A stretch of DNA of 62,658 nucleotides, counting the filler, from Asterionella formosa (taxonomy: Eukaryota): assembly GCA_002256025.1 (NCBI GenBank). It is 8 parts of 8 records of this genome, joined end to end, with 100 filler letters (N's around TTAATTAATTAA, not from the genome) between each part and the next. Parts side by side here need not be neighbours in the genome. Positions count along the whole stretch, not along the records: positions 1 to 26,205 come from NKIB01001805.1; 7 more parts are not named here. One strand, written 5' to 3'. The position numbers and the translations under genes were made by a program. Position 1 is the stretch's first letter, and each line of letters starts with the position of its first letter. Of this stretch, positions 11,101 to 23,091 are shown piece by piece. Under the pieces are notes generated by a model. That model saw nothing but the letters and a program-made list of their open reading frames with translations, was not told where the DNA came from and did no database searches.

Positions 11101-11797
11101 TGTGATTTAGTTGCCTTTCCCGCCTGATTTAGCTTCTACAAATGTTACTGGACTATAGATTTTGTTTGCCAAGCCAGTGTAGCCACCTTGGATGCAACAA
11201 TATTCGATATTGCACCTTATAGTATTTTGCCATTGTTATTTGCCATTCAAAGTTTATAACTCCATTATTATATATTTTGAATAAGTGACACTACAGTCTT
11301 ATCCAAAGAAATAAGTGTCACCTTGTACTTTTGGGGTGGTTTTAGAAGTAAACATTTGATAACTGTTTGTCTCTGTGTCCGGCGGAATATTCGTTTGTCG
11401 TGATTTGTTCAGCGCTTGAAATACGGGTAGAAGTACACTATCATATGTATACCGTACCTATATGTACATTTAATTATCCCTGAAAAAAATACGATGAGAA
11501 GGATAAAGCTAATCTACCGTATAGCACTACAAGTGTCATATTCCTGTATTTTATATGTATATTGTAAATTTAAAAAATATATATACCGGTATTTCTAGCC
11601 TCAAAATATTGAGTGGAAAGATCTCATTTTGTGACATCAGAACAAAAATACTGGAATGCTTCTTCTTCCGATCCTCATGCAGCTTGTTGCATTTTGTAAT
11701 GTGCACATATGCACCAGCAGTCGATCGTATAGCTAGCCTTCAAAATCGTCGCATGGTGTATGTTGCATTGCTTCTGCGACGTTGAACATTCCTCAAA

Positions 11798-13555
11798 ATG
11801 GAGACCGGCAAACAAGAAGATAACGAATCAGAAACGTCCTCTCTGCTCAGAACAAACACGAACCAGCCCTTGCTAAATCGTGGTCCTGAATGGCACCGAC
11901 TTGCATGCTTTGCTGTTATAATGGTGCTGGTTGGCTTTCTGACTACTCAAGGTATGAAAGGGACATTCGACACTTAGCCCACTTTGAGGTCGTGATCTAA
12001 CGTGTGTTCCGACTTTCTTTTTGCGTCCTAAAGCTTTCCACAAGAGACCCAAACAAACTCTAAATTCAGAGGAATACCACAAGTTTCCTGTGGGCTTTGT
12101 TTGGGGATCCGCCACATCGTCCTACCAAATTGAAGGTGCTGTGAACGAGGATGGCAGAGGAGTCTCCATTTGGGACACATTTTGCAAAGAACCAGGGAAT
12201 ATATTGGATGGCGACAACGCGGATGTTGCTTGCGATCATTATCACAAAGTAGACGAAGATGTAAAGTTGATGAAAGAAATGGGCTTAAAAGCTTACAGGT
12301 TTTCAATTGCTTGGCCAAGAATCTTGCCGAATGGCGAAGGTGCAGTTAACCAGGCAGGATTGGACTTTTATAGTCACCTCATTGACAAACTAATCGAGAA
12401 CGAAATCGAGCCTTGGGTTACGCTGTATCATTGGGACCTGCCACAGGCACTGGAAGATAAATACCACGGTTGGTTGGGGCGAGAAACAATTGAAGCCTTT
12501 GGAAAGTACGCTCGTATCTGCTTTGCGGCATACGGTGACAGAGTCAAACACTGGATAACTCTCAACGAGTCTTGGACTGTTGCCGTAAACGGATATAACA
12601 ATGGGATCCACGCTCCTGGTCGATCAAGCGATCCAGCAGTAGAAACATACTTGGTGGCACATCACCTCATTCTGGCGCACGCTAGAGCTGCTAGAATATT
12701 CAAGTCCGACTTTGCCAATCAAGGTGGTGTCATTGGCATCGCCAATTGTGCCGACTTTCGCTATCCACTTACCAAGAGTGCGAACGACAAACTTGCAGCA
12801 GAACGAGCTATGGTCTTTCAATTAGCATGGTTTGCAGATCCAATATGGAAGGGAGATTACCCGAAGGAAATGAAGGATCGTCTAGGCCATCGACTTCCAA
12901 AATTTTCCGTTGATGAACAGAGCGACCTCAAGGGATCTGCTGATTTTTTTGGGGTGAATCACTATTCATCTCTCATAGCGGCAGCACCAAAGCACCAACC
13001 GAAATATTCCGGGTATTGGGCCGATATGTTTGTGGAATTCAGCGCAAATGCTGACTGGGAGCAGAGCCAGATGGGCTGGAGCGTCGTCCCCAGTGGTTGC
13101 CGAGAAATGCTTCTGTGGATTGCGAAGCGTTATCAGCATCCAATTATTTATATGACTGAAAATGGATCTGCATTTGACGAACCAGATCTGAAAACCGCAT
13201 TGCAGGACACTAGACAAAGTCACTTCTTCAAGGTCTACATTAGAGCATGCGCTGAAGCTATTGATGCAGGTGTAGATCTCCGTGGGTACTTTGCGTGGTC
13301 ATTCATGGACAATGTAAGTAGCATTTATGCGGGATAAGTACCACTGACTCCTTGGCAAGCATACGTTCTCTAGCTAACACACTTCTGCAGTTTGAGTGGC
13401 AATTTGGGTACCAGCGCCGTTTTGGTTTGTTTTGGACTGATTTTGAAACCCTAGAGCGGACACCCAAGGTATCTGCTTTGTGGTATAGGGATACTATCAA
13501 GGCGAATGGAAATAATATCAAGAGGTTCAGCAAGTCTTCACAAATATTAGTTTGA
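11798..13555 (+). CDS. GH1 beta-glucosidase with N-terminal membrane anchor; exons 11798-11951, 12034-13313, 13391-13555
   Basis: [18 protein letters not shown] (acid/base), MTENG (nucleophile), WSFMDN/FEW. GT-AG introns 11952-12033 and 13314-13390, each with a CTAAC branch site, keep the frame. Confidence 0.92.
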
Positions 13556-13973
13556 AGAAGCTCTGATCAAATAGAGAAATGCATTCTAGTTGCCATTTGT
13601 GGTTTTGGTCCTCTCATGTACTTGTTGATACAGCGAACCAAATAGAAATAGACATTTCATTGACACAGCATCATGCAGCTGCGCTCTACATATCTACTAG
13701 TGACGCGATTTCTTGTCGACTTATTAAGCCTGCTGTCTTGACTTTTCTTATTGTTTACTCCTTTTGACAGATGGTGTTACACCAATATTTCATTAAACAG
13801 TGATGGCAGAATTTTTGGATAAACCCTTTTTCCTTACCACCACTGCTTGATAAAATACCATTACCTCATATATTGTTAGTCTCAACAATAAAGAAACAGA
13901 TCCGGGTCCTTCATAAATTCGGTTCGCTCATCCGTTGATAATCTACCATATTATTAGTGGGGGGTACCCGGTA

Positions 13974-14270
13974 TGTGAAAAGGTCTCGTACTACTTCGCG
14001 TCTGATGGGTTTCCTGTAACGTAGGACTTACCTGTTATACCACTAGTATTGTTATCTTCTTTCTGCTGCTAGCCTTCGTGCTACATAGTTTTCGCTATTG
14101 ACCTTACTCTGTCAATTCTCACTGTTTCTTAATTATAAGCTTAAACTAAAACTAAGTTTCAATCCTATTCATTACACTTCGAGAACCTGTTCTTCGTGCT
14201 CCCTTTTCGTTGATGTAAACCTTCTTCTGATTGATCTAAGACATCAATCTCGTTAGCAAGCTTCTTGACA
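13974..14270 (+). mobile_element. LTR-like repeat (297 bp, TGT..ACA), copy 1
   Basis: Highly similar to 24656-24941; preceded by PPT-like AGTGGGGGG; weak RNase H-end-like remnant (MAEFLDKP) about 150 bp upstream. Confidence 0.6.
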
Positions 14271-14683
14271 TGGGAACGCACCATTGGACTCATTGGACTA
14301 TAGTCGAGTCCACAGTCCTTGTGACTCATTATAGCCTTTGATGCTATATTCTTGACACCGGTATACTCCGGAGCTCCGGAGTACCGGTATGTAGCTTACA
14401 AACGTGAATATCCGTTTGGCAGTACAAACATACATAATAATTTCTTTATTTTATGATTCATGTATTTTGACAAATTAAATTACAAATAATTAATACATAC
14501 CCTCATTGATTATTAGGGAACATTATTAATCCGTAAATTACTTCATTATATATATATTCTTAGTATGCAGCTCCTCATCACACACATCAAACACTTCGAT
14601 AAATATGGAGCGCAGAGACACATGAGTCGTCCTCACATTATACTGGAGCTACCGGATAGTTTTCTCTAATATTAGTTCCTCAT

Positions 14684-16144
14684 ATGAACATCGAATGGAA
14701 CTTGAGTGCACGGGAAAGGCAACTCATAGCAGCAATCTCTCTTGAACTCGCTCGCAATGGTGGATCCTGTCGAGCTATTCCACTCAAAGATTTTGCAGGT
14801 GACAAAAAAGTCGATTCACTCCTTGAAGGAAAGAAATTCCTTTCGTTTCTCGAAGGCTTTCCCGATATCTTTGAAGTAGATCGAAGTAGCCAGCTTGTAA
14901 CGCTCAAGAATTCGGAGTTTGTCCTTCCTCTAAGCGGTCAAGAGGAAGAGCAACGAAAATGTGTTGCTGAAGCGAACCTGGAGCAAAGGGTAATATACGT
15001 GCTTCGACAACTTGAAGCCAAGCGTACGCGACGACAAAAGCAACGAAAGTCAGAAGGAAAGGTGGAGGAGAGACCGGGAGCATCATTGGATTGGCTGGTA
15101 ACTAAATGTTGGTCTCATCTTCACAAGTGGATGCGTCTTATTCGATGCATCGATGAACGGATGGACCACACGCAGATCTGTCATGACGCCAATTCCAAAT
15201 TAGACATCTTTCTTCGAGATAGGCATCACATATTCCAATTAGACAAAGAGGGCAAATTTTTCAAGTGGAAACTGATTGGAATAGATCTAGACGACGACGG
15301 TTTGTCGGAGCTTGCGAATGAACTGGTTCTGGCTTCTGTTGCCGGGGGCGTCAGCCTAAGTCAACTTTTACACTTTAACACAACACTTCGTCAACGTTTA
15401 GGTGGACGAGATTTACGCATGCTTATAGATACACATCCACGCATATTCCAAGAAGTAACCGTCTTTCATGACGAGAAAGGTCACGTCTACGTCAAGAAGA
15501 ACAGCACACAATTTTCTGGAAGGCTGGAAGTTGACGAGGTTGCTCAATTCTCAATGACGGCTTCAAAACATTCAGCAGCAATGGCAACGAGTATATTCCA
15601 AGCAATTATCCAAAAAGTTGAAGACTCTAATGGTATCATTGCGGTTGATATGACTGCTGGTGCTGGTGGTCTCACACTGGCTTTGGCAAAACGATTTGAT
15701 ACTGTTTTAGCTATTGAAATTGACGCAGCTCGCGCCGAGCTGTGTCGGAAGAACATGAAATCTCAAGGGCTCAACAATGTAACCGTAGTGTGTGCTGATG
15801 CCATGGAATACACGCTGCTGACGATGAATTTTACAGTACCGCTCGTTTTAATAATTGATCCCCCATGGGGTGGACTCAACTATCGACGTGACTGTCAAAA
15901 TATTGGGTTGGGCGAAAAATGGCCACTGGCGGTGATTTTGACTGCCTTGGCACATAGACTCGTAGTGTTTTGCGTGGGACTGAAGCTTCCTGTCACATTC
16001 GATGTTGATAAGCTTATAGAGGAGGCCAATTACAGATGCGACGAATCACGGTTCATCAAAATAAATTCCATCAAGAAGCTTGGACCGCAGCTATTTGTGG
16101 TACTCGAAACCTCCTCCATTGCCATTTCTCGTTCAGAAATTTAA
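14684..16144 (+). CDS. Trimethylguanosine-synthase-like (Tgs) SAM-dependent methyltransferase with long N-terminal extension
   Basis: C-terminal VDMTAGAGG (motif I), AIEID, ADA, IIDPPWGG and LKLP motifs. Confidence 0.75.
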   Translation: MNIEWNLSARERQLIAAISLELARNGGSCRAIPLKDFAGDKKVDSLLEGKKFLSFLEGFPDIFEVDRSSQLVTLKNSEFVLPLSGQEEEQRKCVAEANLEQRVIYVLRQLEAKRTRRQKQRKSEGKVEERPGASLDWLVTKCWSHLHKWMRLIRCIDERMDHTQICHDANSKLDIFLRDRHHIFQLDKEGKFFKWKLIGIDLDDDGLSELANELVLASVAGGVSLSQLLHFNTTLRQRLGGRDLRMLIDTHPRIFQEVTVFHDEKGHVYVKKNSTQFSGRLEVDEVAQFSMTASKHSAAMATSIFQAIIQKVEDSNGIIAVDMTAGAGGLTLALAKRFDTVLAIEIDAARAELCRKNMKSQGLNNVTVVCADAMEYTLLTMNFTVPLVLIIDPPWGGLNYRRDCQNIGLGEKWPLAVILTALAHRLVVFCVGLKLPVTFDVDKLIEEANYRCDESRFIKINSIKKLGPQLFVVLETSSIAISRSEI

Positions 16145-16198
16145 GATTTTAAATGCCAACTGGGATTGTATTCTCATGTCGCCAACAGGTGTCTATTT

Positions 16199-17161
16199 TC
16201 ATTTCTCATTTCTCATCTGGCTCGCTTCGTCAGTAAGCCTCATACGAAGATTGGAAAGGAGGGCCCTGATCTTCATTTCGTGAAGATGCGCCTGGTTTCT
16301 TATTTTTTCTTTCTTCGAGTTGGTCGACTCCCAAGACGGATTGGTCTGAAGGCTTGGACTACCTGGTGGAACCCGATCACACGTCGAACCACTTCGAAAA
16401 TGCGTTGGTGGCACTTGCTGCGGGTCAAAGCCTTCGCCCTGTCCGCTCCTCGTAGACGAAAATACGTGGAATTCGTTTTTGCTGGATTCTTTTCTTGATT
16501 GTTCTTTATTGTCAGTATTAATCATTTCGATTCGCTTTGCTGGCGAACCTACGCAATATTGCCAGTCTTTCAAAGGAAATGCATTTGGAACTTGTCTAGT
16601 CGTCAAGACATCTGCCTCGTCAATCGATTCATCAGCCATCCTAGACGGAGGAAAAATAGGGGCGACATTTGTTTTGATTTCGTTTACAAACGACACAGAT
16701 CCCATCGCAACGGAATTACAATCTTCTGTCATAAAGGCCTCCGCAATAATTTCTTGTTCCTGCATGGGAGGCCAAACTTCAACGGTCCAGACTCGAGATG
16801 AAACAAGGTACCCAGTTGATAACCCCGTGGTTGAGTCACCATGTGATGATCCTGTGCTTGATGTTGAGTTCGACGAAGGAAAGCCTAAAGACGCTGACGA
16901 GGACGACAATGTCCTGCATGTGAATTTTTTTGACTGGTCGGAACTATGAGGAATTCCTGAATGGATCGAGACTTTTTCGGAACAACGCGGGTGTCCCAAG
17001 GACGACATGAATTTGTCCTGGCGTCTCACAACATTTGCCAATCTATTGATCTGCAATTCATTTCTTCCGATCGCAAGACTTGTCTCCTCCTTGAGCGTCA
17101 ACAATCGACGCTCGAGATCATCGAGAACAAATGTCATGTCATTATTTCTTGTTTCGTCCAT
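16199..17161 (-). CDS. Hypothetical protein (N-terminal coiled coil, Ser-rich)
   Basis: Long ORF; first in-frame ATG at 17161 gives 320 aa; no recognisable domain. Confidence 0.45.
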   Translation of the reverse strand: MDETRNNDMTFVLDDLERRLLTLKEETSLAIGRNELQINRLANVVRRQDKFMSSLGHPRCSEKVSIHSGIPHSSDQSKKFTCRTLSSSSASLGFPSSNSTSSTGSSHGDSTTGLSTGYLVSSRVWTVEVWPPMQEQEIIAEAFMTEDCNSVAMGSVSFVNEIKTNVAPIFPPSRMADESIDEADVLTTRQVPNAFPLKDWQYCVGSPAKRIEMINTDNKEQSRKESSKNEFHVFSSTRSGQGEGFDPQQVPPTHFRSGSTCDRVPPGSPSLQTNPSWESTNSKKEKIRNQAHLHEMKIRALLSNLRMRLTDEASQMRNEK

Positions 17162-17950
17162 CGTGCCCGATTTTGTGCAGGAAAGAAATCTATATATTAC
17201 CTCATCGTGATGTCGAGTGATTTCCACGATGACATGGAGTCGTCGTGCTTTGCTCTTCGAGGAAAAGCCATATTCCACGTCTAAAATACTGTAAGTAAGC
17301 AGGATCACGATTCGTTCACGACGAACATTCCTACCAGCACAGTATATGATAGTTATTCAGCACCCAAAGGAGGATAACAAGTTTTCTTGACTGGCTGTAC
17401 CAGGTACTATTGTTAGACGGTCTCGTACTAGATTTTTTGCCATCAAAGGTGAAAACAGACCCAATACGTTAGCCTTACAGTTTCAATCTGTTTGTATACT
17501 AGTTTCAGTTTATCACTGTTACTATCTTGTCATGACAAAGGCGATCAACGAGAAATTGATGGCAAACGAACAAAGACCACAATTTCGTTTGCACCTCCAT
17601 ACTAGGGAATGACATGCAAATGCCATAAAATGAGTATTATGTATTATTCATTTATCTTTTGTATTGTGAAACAATATATCTTGTATAATAAGGCAGACGC
17701 GCGGCTGCTCCGTGTTGCGTTTCATTCTTCACTTTTATCTATAGTATTACATACTACCGGTAGTCGCTTTTTCAAAAATGCAATATATTATATTTATATT
17801 GTAACGCAGTGGCCGATCATGAGGAGAATGCTGATGAGTGGCCAGTAGCCCGTCGTACTGACAGTTCAACATACTGTAGTTGCAAAGTTATACTTGGTCA
17901 AATCTTTGGTTTTTCTGTAAACATAATTGTATTCACCCCTAAGCAGTGAA

Positions 17951-19387
17951 TTACCAAGTACCGTTAGTGTATAGTCCGTTCTGTCTATCCACAAGTATGA
18001 GTCCATTGTAAAAAACATGCTGCAGCCCTGTAACATTGACAAGAGGGATCATCTGTCCCCCAACAACGGGGGCAATTTCAATGTACAGAGGGTCTGCCTT
18101 GCCTCCTCGATCGACTTGTAGGGCTTTGAAAAGAGGCCATTGGAAATCTTTGGCCACCCGATCAATAATCTTAAAATGATGTCCATGTCCATGAATGTAA
18201 AGCACCGGTGTGAGCAATCTCGTGGCATTTGCAATAAATGTCTCCGACAGCTGTCGAAAAAAATATTCTGTTTCATTTGATATATGGCTGTGAGAAAACA
18301 TAATCACGGCGCGAAGGTCGTAGTTATCATAGGCATTCTCAATGCTCGATATTGCCCAGTCTACGTTGGCCAGCTTAAGTTCAGGAAAAGTCTTTTGTAG
18401 CGTCGTGTCTTTAGGTGGAGTCGGCATGAGATGCACCGAGAGGAAAAGAACATCAAGGTGGACAAATGCAAACATTTCTGAATAATTGGGATAAAATCTA
18501 GCCACATTCAAGTCAAGGAGAGTAGGCACTCCAGGCAATGTTCGATTCATCCAAAGGTTCTCAAAGGGAACGAACCATTGTAAAAATGTTTGAAACGCAG
18601 TGGATGGGACTGAGCAATCAAGGTAATCATTGTCTCCTGGGACGATAAAGGTAGGCAATGGGCCCGAGGCAAGTGTCGCATTCACAATGTCAATGGTAGT
18701 CGCTCCACAATTTGTGAGATCAACTTTCCACAAGTCCCCAACATGAATAGTAAAGACGCTATTGTTCTTGCGGTATTTCGTCATGCTGAGCATTTGCTGT
18801 TCCATCACCAGCTCCTCCGCGCTCGAGTATGGAATATCACCCATCACGTAAAACCCAAACGACTTGATCAATTCCTGCTGCGAAGGGGACATTGAGGTAT
18901 CGACAGTTGGAAAACTAGAAGGATGAAGGGATGGCGCGGCGGACGACGGTGTGGAAGATGGTCTGAGGCTGCTCCTCACGGAAGGCCTAGCAGACTGTGA
19001 GGGATTGAACGACGCTAATGGGGTGGGCATTGTGGTTCTCGAGTCCGTGGGCCGCGTTGTAAGCGTCAACGTGGGTGTGAAGGTTGGTGAATGCTTTGGT
19101 GCAGTTGTTGGGGAACCTGGTTCAGTCGACGCAATGTAAGCCATGCTAGGCGCGGAGGAAGGAAGGCGACCGAGAACTTCCTCGTTTGCATTCGTAGAGG
19201 AACCTCCAACGCTTTGCGAGGAGGCGTTGCTCGAGCTGCCTCCAATTGTTCCAGTGGCGAACAAAGTGCCCAACACAACGCCAGCAACACACACCAAGCC
19301 AAACACGCCGAAAAATCGTGCAATCGCATTCTGGCTGATTTTGGGTGCAGCAGCATTAACATTCACTGGTTCTTCAGGACTTGTCAT
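17951..19387 (-). CDS. Calcineurin-like metallophosphoesterase with TM anchor and Ser/Thr/Pro stalk
   Basis: GDIPY, HVGD, PGDND, SH and HGHGH metal-binding motifs; hydrophobic FFGVFGLVCVAGVVLGTLFA; ATG at 19387. Confidence 0.8.
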   Translation of the reverse strand: MTSPEEPVNVNAAAPKISQNAIARFFGVFGLVCVAGVVLGTLFATGTIGGSSSNASSQSVGGSSTNANEEVLGRLPSSAPSMAYIASTEPGSPTTAPKHSPTFTPTLTLTTRPTDSRTTMPTPLASFNPSQSARPSVRSSLRPSSTPSSAAPSLHPSSFPTVDTSMSPSQQELIKSFGFYVMGDIPYSSAEELVMEQQMLSMTKYRKNNSVFTIHVGDLWKVDLTNCGATTIDIVNATLASGPLPTFIVPGDNDYLDCSVPSTAFQTFLQWFVPFENLWMNRTLPGVPTLLDLNVARFYPNYSEMFAFVHLDVLFLSVHLMPTPPKDTTLQKTFPELKLANVDWAISSIENAYDNYDLRAVIMFSHSHISNETEYFFRQLSETFIANATRLLTPVLYIHGHGHHFKIIDRVAKDFQWPLFKALQVDRGGKADPLYIEIAPVVGGQMIPLVNVTGLQHVFYNGLILVDRQNGLYTNGTW

Positions 19388-20195
19388 GGTGCATTGAACT
19401 ATTGATATCACGCCTCTTTTGGGTCACGTCTAATGAATAGGGCTGTGTTGGCAGCTGCAACTTTGTGGTTTCAGTACCTGAAAAATTTAAATGTCTTTTT
19501 ACGATTTAAAAATATGGATCATGGTGGGACATCCAAGAAGTCGTTCCACGTACACGTTACTACCAGGTACCGTAGCCTGGTAAAGTAGTCTACTTTGTAC
19601 TGTACCTGCTATCATGCAAAAAGTTTGAGGTTTTGCCAATCGGCTCAGCCAAGCAATGCCTTTCCAACTGTGGGGTAACTGGTACTCCTGCATCCGGTAC
19701 ACCAGTTAGAGCCAACATGAAAGCTCCTCACAGGTGTACTGGTAGAGAGTTTACACATGGAAAACTACTGTCGACTTCTTCTAACGGTACTACCGGTATA
19801 TTTTTAAACATAAAAATGCGTGAACCAATGTTTCCGGAGTGTACCGGTGCACCAGGGGTTTCATATTATGTGTGTACGAATCCAAGGAATGCTTCCTACA
19901 TTTACGTATGTATTCAAACTCCATAGGGCCTGAGTGTTCCCATCAAAATTTCAAAACACGATGGCTGGCTGCCAAACATGTGACTACTGGTGGACCGGTA
20001 TGTATACTCCATAAACCTGACGGCGGCGGTAATTCTTCGTTTTCGCCAGCTCACAACAGCTTCATCATAATCAATCGTTTCAAAGGGACCGATCCTGTGC
20101 ATCTGAATAAAAATCTTAATGATTGGATGTTGCATTTCCTGTCTCCTGTGCATCATTGTATGATACCTGGTACCCTGGTACCAGGTATTCCGTAC

Positions 20196-20292
20196 AGCCA
20201 CGTTGAGGTAATTGTGCTGCAACTAAACATTTAGCTTTCTTTATTCTGTATTAAATTATTTATTTAAGCTAAATGAACACAACTTGCAGGTA
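20196..20292. mobile_element. Short decayed copy of the CCTGCAAG-ended MITE family
   Basis: Ends AACTTGCAGG-TA; left side is a degenerate match to GTTGCGGTAATTTTGCTG. Confidence 0.55.
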
Positions 20293-20308
20293 CGGTAATT
20301 TTGGTATC

Positions 20309-20535
20309 GGATCTGGCGAGAAAGTGCAGAAAGTCAACTTCTGGGACTATGTACTTAACTCTTCTTCAAACCCTGCCAACATTGTGCTGTCGTTGTCCAA
20401 AAATTCAACAATATTGGCCTTTTCAATGGTCTCAAGAAGAATGTCAGAATCAGAATCACTAATCGCCAAAACATCAAAATCAGAATAAGAGTCTTGTGAT
20501 TCAATTTTTCGTCCTACAATCGCCTGTACAAAAAA
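20309..20535. mobile_element. Terminal fragment of a DNA transposon starting GGATCTGGCGAGAAAGTGCAGAAAG
   Basis: Same sequence recurs at 36914-37263, where the terminal word also occurs inverted. Confidence 0.6.
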
Positions 20536-20694
20536 TCCATTTTAAGTGCCCACTTCACTATAAATATTTTGATTGGTTAAGTTCAATAACTTACCGATTT
20601 TTGATTGGCCCGGTTTGAGAGGTCTTGCAAACCCATACCAGCCACACTGGATACACATTTTAAAATTTCTTGGGTGATTGTCGGTACACTGGTA

Positions 20695-21450
20695 ACAGTT
20701 ATGAATGGCTTTGAGCCACATTATAATATCGTTTTCCGACTAATTCTAGAATTATGCTAAAATCGATCCCCTCTTTTGCCCTTTGGCACGATATTAGTTA
20801 GTTCATTACGCTACATTAGAATTAAACCATTTTTTACTTGAATGCATATTTACTGAGATCTATCCATTTTAAAAGTGACAAAAACGGCCGAAGTGGCTCA
20901 AAGCCATTGATTAAAATTTTAGCACACAAGTAGATATTTTTATAGGCGATGGTTAGAAAACATTATATCGTTTGCATTTTTTCGCAGCCAGTGGCTGCAT
21001 CTCTCTTTTATTGATGGTGTAGTTTCAATTTAATCTTGTTGGTTCCATCAAAGACTCTTCGCGTTTTTTCGCAGTATTCATAGTCATTTGCATCGTTCTT
21101 CGACTGGTTGGTGGTCCTCCAATCATATCTTGTCATGTAATAGGAGTGACAGAAGGGTGAGGAAGTGGTGCAGTCACAGTTACAAGTTTTAGTTCAATGA
21201 ACCCAACCATATTCAGCAATCATAGCTTTTAGGTTTGTAGCAAACAAACGGGCAAAGGATTCATCCCAAGCCTCTGAAACCAGATCAACAAAGTCTTCTT
21301 TTTCAACAGCAAATGCAGCACGGCGCCTTTCCTTTTGATTGATTAAGTCTCTCTTGCATTTTGTGAGTTGGGGTGAATTTTTAGTTAGGTTAGAAATTGA
21401 TGAGGTATGTCCTCCTGCCAACAACTGAATCATTTAGTGTCAAATTAGCA
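20695..21450 (-). mobile_element. Decayed DNA transposon copy 2, internally deleted relative to 9775-11100
   Basis: Remnant LTKCKRDL..KERRRAAFAVEKED.VDLVS.AW..SFA matches the 10791-11099 ORF. Confidence 0.6.
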
Positions 21451-21829
21451 GGTAATTGTACCATATATGTATACAATAGGATGCATTTATACTGAATTTA
21501 TACTAAATGATGAAGGAACCATGACCTTTAGCTGATTGTTGTTGTTCATCATACTCATTCTAATCAAGTGCTTCTTTGTTTCATGCTGCTACAATTGCTT
21601 AGCAATCAGTTGTTCCTGTCCAATACACATGCACTTGGCCACCTGCAATTGAGTAGCTAGTACATATCGCTGAGCAAACTCATCTAATCCTTGCTATAGG
21701 GACGAGGTACTTAGTAGGAAATAATGGCTGGAAAACGGCAACATGAAGCTGTCATCATAAGAGTACCTGTCTAATCATCATGCTGCCAATCTATTACTTG
21801 AAGTTCTGCTTTGGTATTTTTCAGTTAGG

Positions 21830-23091
21830 CGAATTGCAAAACTGAGAACACAAAGCATATGAATATGACTTTCAGTAAAGCATTATGACTTTCTGGAAAT
21901 TCCTATGAATTTCAGGAAATGCATAAGGGTTTAACGGTAGTATGTAAATAATAATTAGTAACACCACTATCATAAACCTGGTGTCTTGTACCCATCAATG
22001 TACACAGCCTCGATTGATTTTATTTAGAGGGGGATACAACACACCGGGCCGTTTCGATCCCAAAACGTTATGAAAAAACCAACTTCACCACCGTTTTCTC
22101 CATTGTCTAAAACGTAAATAGCAACATTAAAAGTTAAATTACTTTTATTGTTTTAGGCTCAAACGGTTTCTAGGATCAAAAGAATTTCTATTTTTGGTGC
22201 ACTGGTGCGCCCGAGCTTCGTTGTGGCCTCTATAGTAATTCCTAGAGTGTGTACACGTTTGTTCCTAATCCTACAATAGTATTAATTTGTGTAGGTTCTA
22301 CGAGTTCGATCGTGCTGGATAATAAAATATAAGCCAACCACATCGCTTACATGATTATTGGATCAGAATTAGCCTGTAGCATTTAGCTTGATGATCGCGT
22401 CACAACATGCTTGCAACTTGCAGCTTCGACTGTTGAAATAGATCTCAGGCCAAGGATATTGCCATCGCAAATTTCATTGGCGTTGCTCGTGTTGTTATTG
22501 ATTGTTATTTTATGGTGACCGGTAAGAAAACGACTATAGTGTATATGCATTAATAAATGGCTAGAATACAATAATATGCTGTTATTTTTTCTGTAGACAT
22601 AAAATATTTGGGAGTATTGTGCCAGATGTACAAAGGGTGTACAAGACAATGGGGGATTCAAGACACTGGGTTTTATGGTACCGGCATTTCAAATGATCCT
22701 AACTATTACTGGTAGGGAATCTTGTACAGCAGTACTTTAAATCCAGAATAATGGATGTGCGGATTTTCACTTTGGCCAGAAAAGACTAATTTTGGAGACT
22801 TCATGAAATTCCATGTATTTCCTGAAATTTCCTTATGCCTTTCCTTATGTTTCCTTCAGTTTCCTGAAAGTCATAGCCATATGCTGTGTGTTCTCGTTTT
22901 TGCAATTAGAAGAATTCCGCTTTTTTCGCTGAATCGTGCTATGAATAGAAGATGTTCTTTGTATATGATAAAATATGTTGCTGTCCATAGTACAACAACC
23001 AGATGCTGTCATTTTGCTTAAATAAACAATTTAATTTCGAATAAAGACAGCTACATCCTTAGTTCAGCAAAATTACCGCAACTTGCAGGTA
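21830..23091. mobile_element. Non-autonomous TIR element with long inverted arms (CCTGCAAG..CTTGCAGG-TA family)
   Basis: 21830-22005 is an inverted, diverged copy of about 22625-22908; 22900-23091 is the reverse complement of 38946-39190 and ends CTTGCAGG-TA. Confidence 0.65.

Noticed and set aside
17411..17536. Third LTR copy (TGTTAGACGGTCTCGTACTA..TGACA)
   Set aside because: Similarity to 13974 is limited to about 20 bp and there is no target-site duplication
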